In this document: piece after piece, positions 1 through 10,100 of the stretch
Layout: every line of letters starts with the position of its first letter
How positions within the stretch are numbered: position 1 is the first letter of the stretch
Assembly (NCBI RefSeq): GCF_001194135.2
Contig: NC_068983.1
Coordinates: forward strand, 252,159 to 286,231
Direction: 5' to 3'
From: Octopus bimaculoides
Taxonomy: Eukaryota
Length of the DNA stretch: 34,073 nt
Position numbers and translations under genes: made by a program
Notes under the pieces: generated by a model
Database searches by the model: none
Seen by the model: the letters and a program-made list of their open reading frames with translations, nothing else
What the model was told of the DNA's origin: nothing

Positions 1-236
1 GCGGGTGGCACATAAAAGACACCATTTCGAACGTGGCCGTTTTCGTGCGGGTGACATGTAAAAGCACCCACTACACTCTCTGAGTGGTTGGCGTTAGGAA
101 GGGCATCCAGCTGTAGAAACTCTGCCAAATCAGACTGGAGCCTGGTGTTGCCATCCGGTTTCACCAGTCCTCAGTCAAATCGTCCAACCCATGCTAGCAT
201 GGAAAGCGGACGTTAAACGATGATGATGATGATGAT
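1..236 (+). mobile_element. RTE 3'-UTR remnant with (GAT)n tail
   Basis: GAGTGGTTGGCGTTAGGAAGGGCATCCAGCTGTAGAAAC...CCATGCTAGCATGGAAAGCGGACGTTAAACGATGATG, the same sequence as the tail of 7303-8198. Confidence 0.88.
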
Positions 237-323
237 ATGCACATGACAAAGGACTGAGATGCCTGGCAGCTTGCTGTACTCAAGAAGATGCCTACTCCAC
301 AGCAGAAGTGTTAAGACCAGTTC

Positions 324-472
324 CTCTGGTGGCGAAAAACAATTGTGGCAGTGCCACATAAAAGCACCTGTGTGGTGCCATGTAAAAGCACCCAGTACAC
401 TCTGTAAAGTGGCTGGCATTAGTTAGGAAGGGCATCCAGCTGTAGAAACCATGCCAAATCAGACTGGAGCCT
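324..472 (+). mobile_element. RTE 3'-UTR remnant, 3' end lost at the transposon junction
   Basis: Same core (AAAGCACC..GGAAGGGCATCCAGCTGTAGAAAC..AGACTGGAGCC), abutting the maT TIR at 474. Confidence 0.8.
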
Positions 473-473
473 C

Positions 474-2219
474 GGCTAAATTTGACAGTTTGCATAAAAG
501 GAAAAGGAAACACAGTATTTCTTTCCAAAAATGAAAGTATTTAAAAAAATTTCTTATAGAATTATTCATATTATTTTAAGATTTGTTTTAAACAAAAGAT
601 TATTAGAATAACAAATATAATGATATAGAGTGTTGGGCCCACAATCATGTGGTAGGTAGTTTGACACCCAGACTGGGCTGTATGTTGTGTTCTTGAGCAA
701 GACACTTTCTTTCACATTGCTCCAGTTCATTCAGCCACTGGTGCCAAGCTGTATCAGCCTTTCCCTTGGATAACATCGGTAGCATGGAGAGGGGAGGCTG
801 GTGTGCATCGGCAACTGCTGGTCCTCCATAAACAACCTTGCCTAGACTTATGCCTCAGAGGGGAATTTTCTAGGTGCAATCCCATGGTCAGTCATGACTG
901 AAGGGGGGGTCTTTACCCTTTATACTCAAACCACCATAGTTATATATAACAATTAAGACCAGATTTTTTTAAATCTTTAAACAAACTTTATATATTAAAT
1001 AACCCCACAAATGATATTTATTTTAAACAACCAGAGATACATATAGTTCAAACCACTACAACCACAAACCTCAATCTTCAATTTATTCATTACAATAAAT
1101 CAAATTAAAATATTCTATAATTAAAAAAAATCATAAATAACAAAGAATTAAATAATATATATATAAATCAATTAGATCATGGCTGGGAGATAACAGTTTA
1201 TTCAAACTAGCCACCTTCAGCTTCCATCTTGACCTCAAAATGGCTCTGGAACCTGGCTTGTGCATTCCTCAGTGTATCCCTGGTATTGCAAGCAGCAGAG
1301 CAGTTGGTGTCTTTCTCAATCACACTCCACACATAGTAATCCATGGAATTACAATTAGGGGAATTAGGACGCCAGAAACCAGGGCTGGTGAAGTTGTAGA
1401 AATTCTATGGCAAGTAGTTAAATCCTGCTGCCACACATATGGCCTTCTAGCAGCAACTTGCTCCAGCTAGGGTTTGACCACAGTCTTCAGCAGCTTCATG
1501 TAATCCCCTGAATTGGGCCTAAGTCCCTGTTCAAAGATGTAGGAAGGCATGGTGTCACCCTCACTGGTGATGTCCCTAAAAAGAACATTACAGTTTGGGA
1601 GAGCTTGGTTTTCATGATACATGGGACATGGCATGGATTGTAGGCAAACCAGCTGTTGCTGTGCAACTGGTCCTGGCAGAAATACTTTTCACCTGAGAAG
1701 AAACAGATTGTCCCAGGCTCAACAGGAGGCCTCATCTTGTTCAGGAGTTTCTTTGCCTTTGTCAAGCAGCACTCCTTGACTTTGGCTGCCAGAATTCGTC
1801 TTTTGTGCCTCTTGTATGAATGGTAATGAAGGTGGAAACTCCAACACCCATCTCAGTCACCAAAGCCTGAATTCCCTTTCATTGCCTGGTCCTACAGCTG
1901 TTGGATGAAGGCAGGCATTTGGGTAAGACCTGTGTCCCTTCCTACTGGGTGTGGCTTCATATTCTCTGTAGTGGCTGTCCATGCCATGTCTCACAGCCAT
2001 TACAGAGTAGCAGTCATGAGGCTGGCATTTTGATCCTCCATTTAAACCATCATCGGCAGCAGGCAACTCTTTTCTAATATTCAGACGACTTCCAGGTCAG
2101 CTGACTTTTTCTCAACTTTAATTTTTATGATCTCCAACGCCATTGACTGTCAATCAATACATCAAGCAGTTCCTGAAAAAGGAGACATATGAAATCGTCA
2201 AATTTAGCCTGAACACCCT
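474..2219 (-). mobile_element. Degenerate Tc1/mariner (maT/DD37D-like) DNA transposon, copy 1
   Basis: TIR remnants GGCTAAATTTGACAGTTT at 474 and AAATCGTCAAATTTAGCCTGAACACCCT ending at 2219. The frameshifted - strand translation gives TKAKKLLNKMR..FFSGEKYFCQDQ, PYVWQQD and PNSPNCNSMDYYVW, matching the SPDxNPxDY motif type. Confidence 0.85.
648..924 (+). mobile_element. Probable SINE (type C) nested in maT copy 1
   Basis: GTGTTCTTGAGCAAGACACTT, a motif common in SINE heads. A GC-richer block interrupting AT-rich subterminal transposon sequence that is absent from copy 2. Confidence 0.5.
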
Positions 2220-2422
2220 CTTTACTCTTTACTCTTTACTCTTTACTCTTTTACTGGCTTCAGTCATTTGACTGTGGCCATGCTGGAGCATTGCCTTTAA
2301 TTGAACACATCGACCCTGGGATTTATTCTTTGGTCTCTTTTGCCGAACCACTAAGTTACGGGGACGTAAACACACCAACATCGGTTTTCAAGCGATGGTG
2401 GGGGACAAACAGAGACACAAAT

Positions 2423-2458
<36 letters not shown>

Positions 2459-2600
2459 TCCACGGGCTTCTTTCACTCAGAAGTGTTTGGTTGGCCTAAA
2501 GCTATAGTAGAAGACACTTGCCCAAGGTACCACGCAGTGGAACTGAACCGCGAACCATGTGGTTGGGAAGCAAGCTTCTTACTACGCACCCACGTCCAGT
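2220..2600 (-). mobile_element. tRNA-derived SINE, type B1 (central CA/TA microsatellite, AAGAGT-type tail)
   Basis: The - strand head has a B-box-like GGTTCAGTTCC and CTTGGGCAAGTGTCTT. The body has CTTAGTGGTTCGGCAAAA and GCTCCAGCATGGCC. The tail reads (CTCTTTA)n on +. Colinear with 13644-14102. Confidence 0.85.
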
Positions 2601-3469
2601 GTTTACGAATATAAATTCATTTGGAATATTCAGTACAACTGTGATTTGATGGTCATACTTATGTTGTAGAATCTAGTAAATTTGTTTCGATTTCAGTCGG
2701 TGACAGAGGAAGTTGTATGTTAACCTTATTAAAAGAAGAGTCAGTACTTGTGGGAATGTTGTTCAAAAAGAGCTGGTGCTTGTAATAGTCATATTAGAAG
2801 AACCAACGATTGTAAGAATCGTATTCGAGGAAACAGCGTTTGTAAGAATCGTAGTAAAGAGGAAGAGTGAAAAGATCCAATTAAAAGAGTCGGTGCTTGT
2901 TAGTGAGAGGCGTGACTAATCGCTGCACACCGACTCAATATGATTGAGTAGTCGTTCTGAAAGTACGAAAGTGAGGCTGTAAAGTTGTGTGGTGCCGGTC
3001 GCCGGACCCTTGACCAGGAAGACCCCTTCTCTGGCTCAACCCGAACCCTCCTCACAGCAACATTAGCAATTATTATGGCTCCGATTGACACATGCAGCTA
3101 ACTACCGCTGCAGCAAGTCCACACACAGCTCTACGATCTTCCACGATACTAGAACTGGCCGATAAACATTCCTCCGGGTTTACAAAAGAAAGAGAAAAGC
3201 AGCAAAAGACCTGAAAAAGAGAGAAACCGACCGAGTTGTTGGCCTCCACATCTTCTTTGATGTCTGCGTAATAATAACTAACAATCTATTGTTGTTGATT
3301 AACTGAAACATTACTAATATTACAACTGTCTTGTGAAGTCGACATAGTTATCTGACTCTTACATCTGTCCACCCTAACAATACATACATTACATACAGAC
3401 AACATTTATACACACACATATATGTGTCACATAGACGTAAATATATATATATATTACATACACACTTCT

Positions 3470-3503
<34 letters not shown>

Positions 3504-3572
3504 CAGCCTCACTGGATGATACCTCGATAAGAAAAAATATATATACATACACTCACACTATCGTATATATAT

Positions 3573-3899
3573 NNNNNNNNNNNNNNNNNNNNNNNNNNNN
3601 NNNNNNNNNNNNNNNNNNNNNNNNNNNNNNNNNNNNNNNNNNNNNNNNNNNNNNNNNNNNNNNNNNNNNNNNNNNNNNNNNNNNNNNNNNNNNNNNNNNN
3701 NNNNNNNNNNNNNNNNNNNNNNNNNNNNNNNNNNNNNNNNNNNNNNNNNNNNNNNNNNNNNNNNNNNNNNNNNNNNNNNNNNNNNNNNNNNNNNNNNNNN
3801 NNNNNNNNNNNNNNNNNNNNNNNNNNNNNNNNNNNNNNNNNNNNNNNNNNNNNNNNNNNNNNNNNNNNNNNNNNNNNNNNNNNNNNNNNNNNNNNNNNN
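3573..3899. other. Assembly gap (327 N) over the CCNY upstream region; other gaps at 26434-26443, 28355-28415, 29331-29340 and 29592-29601
   Basis: Runs of N. Confidence 1.
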
Positions 3900-3984
3900 C
3901 CCGTCCGCCACTTCCGACGAGAACTGAAGAAGTTTGTGTAATTTGGTCGGGAGTCGGACTGCCTGGCTAAATCGTCCTCTAGAT
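3900..3984 (+). promoter_or_regulatory. CpG-rich CCNY promoter-proximal/5' UTR region with an ETS-type motif
   Basis: CpG-rich against the background. CACTTCCG at 3909-3916 is the reverse complement of the ETS core CGGAAGTG. The upstream part is hidden by the gap, so the TSS is not defined. Confidence 0.4.
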
Positions 3985-4198
3985 ATGGGACATAGCCAGT
4001 CATGTTGTGCCTACTCCAGTCCCAAACAGATCAGGATCGGTCAACAGAAACGGAAAGAAGACATCTACCAATCTGCCCGGACAGAAGAGACCGGGGGTTC
4101 GAGTCACGCTGGTGCGGGGGCCGCGACTGGATTGTCCAGTTCGGGACGACATCACAGTCACAGTAATTTACAACATATCAGTGATAGAGAACCTGAAG
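3985..4198 (+). CDS. CCNY: CCNY coding exon 1 (MGHSQSCC...[11 protein letters not shown], ends phase 1)
   Basis: ATG at 3985 has G at -3 and G at +4. N-terminus MGHSQSCC and the NLQHISDRE motif are present. Donor is G|GTAGGT at 4199. Confidence 0.93.
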
Positions 4199-7100
4199 GT
4201 AGGTGTGAAGTTATCTCATCAGCTTCTTACTTTCACCGTAAATTGTTACAGACCTCACTTACACGACACTGATTAAACAAATATTTAATACATATAGAAA
4301 ATATATTGTAACTGTAATTAAACATAATTAGACAGTGAAACATAGTTTATTGCCTTGTAAATAAGGGAAATATTTGCTGCCTAGAGTTAATAATAATGTT
4401 CGTTCTACTTATTAGAAACCTTCTATTAGTCATCTAACATAATTATTGTTTGTAACTTTCCGTATCTGGGTTGCTGCATAACTTGATTAACGCTGTATAA
4501 ACGTTTTATTAATTAATTTAACCTTATAATTAATTTAACATAATAAACAAGAGGGCACAATCCTTAATCACATTCCCTCACGCCTAACTTACCAATTCCC
4601 AAGAAGGCAGTGGACACAAGGTTTGAGGTCAAATTGTTAAAATCCCTTAGTTCCGTTTTATTAATAAACAATTCACTTATTATTTTTATTATTATTAAAA
4701 TACACCTTTTTATAAATCATATGTAAATATCTCTGTTGGTAAGTATCAAAACTGTCGGTTGTTGACTGTTTCTACTAAATATTTTCTGGCGCCTCTCAAA
4801 TTGCCAACACTTCGACCTTATGACTGTTAGCCTCTCCTACCGTGACTTCCCTTCCGGACTTTGTATTTAATCCTTTGTGATCAGGGTTTCATTTGTTCGT
4901 AATTCCACTCTTCACTCAAATTAAACATCAGCTGTATCAACCTTACTCGACAACCATATTCCCTTTTCTAAGCGGGACTAGTAGGGCTGTCGTTTATGCG
5001 CGCGCGTGTGTGTGTGTGTGTATAAACGACAGCCCTACTTGTCCCTCTTATATACATACATACATACATCTCCCGATCGATCGTTTACTGTCCGTTTTAT
5101 ATGTATGTATATGAACTATAGGATTTTGAATGCTTTTAAAACAGTCTGAAGTGATGTGTTAAACCGTCTTCTTGGGTGATGCTGTTGGTGTCATTGAAGT
5201 CTAACTTAATTGTTTCAGGATTGGAATAATTTTTTTTTCATTTGGATTTTAAAAAAAAAATCATTGCAAGTGTATGAAAGAAGATTAGTTCAGTTTTGTA
5301 ACATTGTTCTCAAAAACTTAACTCTAGTTCCTTCCTCTCCTCAATCAAAATTCCTCTGGATTAATGGTATGTGAATATATTGATTCCATAACCTGGATTT
5401 TAGGTAATATCTTGGAGACTGCTGCTATATGTTATACGTAGGTATATATGAGAGTGATGTTGTGATAAATCTACATATAAATTATATGAGGTTGATAATT
5501 GTTATAAATCTGTATGTGTAAAGATTATGAAGTTGATGTCAGGTTACACTGGGAAATTACTATTGATAGTTTAATTTCCTAAAAGAAGTCTGGATCCTAA
5601 ACCTTCAGATATGTTGTTTATGCTTAGTCATTGGTCAACCCTGATCAAGAACATCTATGAACAAAGGCCTTCAATTTGTGATTTTCCCATCAGTAAGTTA
5701 TCTAGTTGATATTTGTTTTTAAAGATAATTTGAGTGTAATTTGAGGAAGATTTCACTGCTATTTTAAAGAGATTCTGCGAGCCAGTGGAGGCTCCCTTGT
5801 TGGCAAGTTGTGATATTTCAATCCTCTCAGTATTGAAAGGGTTTCAAGTAATAAAGAGACCCATTTTGCTTGTTTCACATTCAAAGAAATTCCTAGCGCA
5901 TCTCAGATTTTTAAGAGAAATGGAATTTTAATTCTCTTGAAATAAGAAAACTTGACATTGACAAAACTAAATTACTGACTTCTTGACAGAAAACAAAGAT
6001 GAATAATATCCTTGATTGGAATACTGCTGCAATATCTGACATGGTGCTTATTGTTACAAGCATTCTAAAGGTCATTCACTTCCACACCTCTCGTCCACAG
6101 AGGAGCTATCAATTATTTCTTGGGGTCTAACTGAGCTTGTGGGAGACACTTTGTTTCTTGGGTGATCTTACTACTACTACTACTATTACATATGAAATTC
6201 TTCTTCTCTATCAGCATAAGATCCAAGTGTACATTTTGTGAACCTATCGTTTACATTAGGGATACAGTATCGAGATTCTACCTCTTCCCTTTCCTCTTCA
6301 TATCATGCTACTTCCTTATTATTCTATTTTTCCATTAAAATGATGCCTCTCCACATTGAACCCTGCTTCCCCATTCGGAACATGTACTGTAATCCTTTGA
6401 CTGATTCAACTATAAGAACTAGATTGTTGATAAACAGGAGATCCCGGTTTTGAACTATATTGATATAGCCTAGACAATTAGATTAAACAGAGACATTAAA
6501 TTCTTTGAGCTCCTCTATGCTGAGGACCTTTTTCTTATAGCTGAACCTGTAGTGGAATTAGAAATGAAATTCCAGGTGTGGAAGCAAAACCTGAAATCAA
6601 AGGGCCTAAAGGTTAACTTAGCAAAGACTGAAGTTCTAGTTAGCAAGAAAACAGACAAATCCTTCAAGAAAATGGCCCTGTTCAATTTGTAGTAAAGTTT
6701 TTGGTAGAAATTCCATTCAGTGTTCCTTGTGCAAACTGTGGACATGTAAGAGGTGTAGTGGAGTCACATAAGATTACCTGGGAAAGTAGACTTTGTGTAT
6801 GGCCAATGGACATGAACAGAACATAATAAGATTTTCTTGAGTGTTTAGGAGGATCCTTAATGGTAGCTGATAGTTTCCTAGGTGACCTAATTAGAAGTGA
6901 GGAAGATAGACTGAAAGCAGTGTAGCTAGAGTAATAATTAAGTTGAGAGAGCTATGAATGCAGAAGACATGCAAAGGCAAGACAGAGATGAAGCTTAGCC
7001 AGCTCTGCTGTATATGTCAGTGTTTGACAAAGTGCTAATGTGTTGAGAGGAAAATAAGCATGAGAAGAATTAGGTGTAGTGTGCATGAGAGAAGACATTA

Positions 7101-10100
7101 CTGGTATGGCCATGTGGTGCATATGGGTAAGGATAGCTGCATAATGAAGTGCTAAATGTGGATGGAATCTGTAGAAAAGGGAGACCCAGAAAGACATGAG
7201 ATGAAATAGTGAAGAATGACCTGGATGTTGTCTGTTATGGAAGAGATAAAAAGACCCAAGATGATTAGTGATTTATTTTTGCTGTGCTTCCGAAAGCCCG
7301 TCCATCATCATCATTGTTGTTTAACGTCTGCTTTCCATGCTGGCATGGGTTGAACAGTTTGACTGAGGGCTGGAGAGCCAGAAGGCTGTATTAGGCTCCA
7401 ATCCAATCTGGCAATGTTTCTACAGCTGGATGCCCTTCCTAATGCCAACCACTCTGAGAGTGTAGTGGGTGCTTTTTATGTGCCACCAGCACGAGGGCCA
7501 GTCAGGCGGTACTGGCATTGGCCACACTTGAATGGTGCTTTTTATATTCCACCAGCTCAGGAACCAAGTCAGGCAGCACTGGCAGTGATCACGCTTGAAT
7601 AGTGCTTTTTACGTTCCACCAGCATGGGTCCCAATCAGGCAAGTGCAGTTTGCTGCCCAATGATTGAAGGGTACTCTTAAATGGGCTGGTTATGCTGCAC
7701 TGGCATAGGCCACGGCTATGGTCTCACTTGGCTTGCTGGATCTTCTCAAGCATAGCATATCTTCGAAGGTCTCAGTCACTTGTCATCGCCTCAGTGAGGC
7801 CCAACGTTTGAAGGTTGTGCTTCACCACCTCATCCCATGTCTTCCTGGGTCTACCTCTTCCACAGGTTCCCTTTACTGCTAGGGTGTGACACTTTTTCTC
7901 ACAGCTGTTCTCATCCATATGCAACACATGACCATACCAGTGCAGTCATCTCTCTTTCACACCACATCCGATGCTTCTTATGTCCAACATTTCTCTCAGG
8001 GCGCTTACACTCTGTCGTGTATGCACACTGACATTACACATCCATCAGAGCATACTAGCTTCATTCCTTGCAAGCTTACGCATGTTCTCAGCAGTCATGG
8101 CCCATGTTTCACTGCCATGTAGCATGGCTGTTTGCACACATGTGTCATACAGTCTACTTTTTACTCTGATCGAGAGGCCCTTTGTCACCAGCAGGTAAAA
8201 ATAAGAGGCCCTTTGTCACCATCTCAGTAAAAATGAAGCCATAAAAGTATATAGTTTGTATCTCTTCCCCCTGCACCCAATCTGTTCCTGATGTGTCTCT
8301 TCCCCAAACTCCTCTACCCAACACTCAGCCCTCCATCAGTCTTCTGATTATGGCTCTATTCACTCAACTCGTGTAATTATATGTGAGCGGAACTGAGCAC
8401 ATTTCATTTCCCACCTTTTTTGTCTTCTCACTTACCCCACTGGAACCAATTTCTTTGCCTTCTTACAACTTTTTCTGTCGGATGCCTGTTTCACCTCCAT
8501 TCTTCCACTGAACACCCTCTCGTTCTGCCATTGGTAGACCCCCCCCCCCCACTATCTATGTTTGTCTCCCACTATTTCCACTTATATGTACCTCTGACCT
8601 CATCCCTGGCATCTTGTGCATACCACCCATACTCCACCTTATTTTTGCTACCCCTATTACTTCCTAACCCTAACCTCCTTAAACTGATATTCACCATTGA
8701 CCACACCCACCTTCACTTGTGTTCATGATTTATTTCATCACCTCTGTCCAGCTGCTACACTCTCCTGATGATCTTACCTGTTCATTCCTCTGGACCACTT
8801 CTCTTACATTTTCCTTCCTAACTTGAGGCCATCTTCTCTCCTTTTCCACATGTGGCAGCCATATATCTCCTCCATTGCAAAACACCTGTTTCTGTCATAC
8901 TTTAATCTCTCATCACATGGCATGATGCTACCTGCTCGATATTACATCACCCTCAGTTGAGAGGAATCTGGTCTTGCGAGATAGTGAAATCCCTTGTGCC
9001 AGGGCTACATAAAGAGCCCCCAGTACATTCTAAAGTGGTTGGCATTAGAGAGGGCACCCAGCTGTAGAACACCTGCCAAACCAGACATTGGAGCTTGGCA
9101 CAATTCTCTGGCTTGGTAGCACTTGTCAAACCACCCAACCCATGCCAGCATGAAAAACAGACCTTAAACAACGATGATGATGATGAGCTCATTGCTAATT
9201 CTTGTTTTGTTAACAGCACTCCTGTATGATTTGCTTGATTCTCACAAATCCTTTCTTTTCTCCCAAAATTTTTAAGCACCCAGACTATAGAGAGTGGTTC
9301 CTTGTTAAATGCTCTCAGTCAGTAGGCCATTATTCTTCTGTTAGGCATAATGTCCCCTGTTCTTTGATAGTTACACAGGAAGAAGGCATCAGTGGTTGCT
9401 GTTGGACTTGAACCCAATTGGCTGCATCACCTCCATTCTGGTTCCATCCCTGATTAGCATTCTCTCTCTCTCTGCTAACTTCATGGCTTGTTCCATCAGT
9501 AATATTGCTCTTCTGTAGTTACTTCTTGCTAAAGCATCTCCTTTACCTTTCTCGTAGTTTACAATGATGTTGCTGCTTTGCCAGTCATTGATAGTAATCT
9601 CCCCCCCCTGTATTAATCAAGTAACTAACTGAAGAACCAACATTTTCTACATGGCCGGATATTTTCATTATTTTATCAGAAAACCCAGATGATCTTTCTC
9701 TGCCATAGTATCCTTAACAGCCCTTTCTTTCATATAATGGATGGTCCCTCTCTTGAGTCTACATCTGGTAAACCTCTTTCCTCCATACATTCATCACATT
9801 ATTTCCATGTCTTTATCATTCCAGTGTCAGTGAGTGCCTTTATTATTCAGTAGTCACATTTTTTTTACCACACATCCTGACATCACAAAATTTTTGATTT
9901 CCAACTTTATTGTCAGGTAAACTTCTCTTTAGATACCTGAAACTGTTTCAAATACTTGAATCTCTTCAGATGTGTTGCTTATCATTCTATACTCTATTTT
10001 AACATGATGTGGCCTGTCTCTAACCATTCATGTCTCCTCTGTACTCTATTCTGCTGCCATGTGGTCTGTCTCTAACCTTTTGTGTCTCTTGTTCTCTTTT

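Noticed and set aside
3422-4003. ORFs with long X runs
   Set aside because: Artefacts of translating through the 327-N gap.
4587-4744. Consensus GTAAGT donors on - (4592) and + (4739) suggesting alternative or antisense first exons
   Set aside because: GTAAGT is common by chance in AT-rich DNA. The nearby + ATG is followed at once by TAA, and there is no in-frame Met in exons 2-5 to rescue an isoform.
8400-8900. Possible LINE endonuclease remnant on -, with similar hints at ~15800-16150, 24160-24400 and 26815-27050
   Set aside because: Only short, weak motif resemblances (e.g. [20 protein letters not shown]); not supportable without a profile search.
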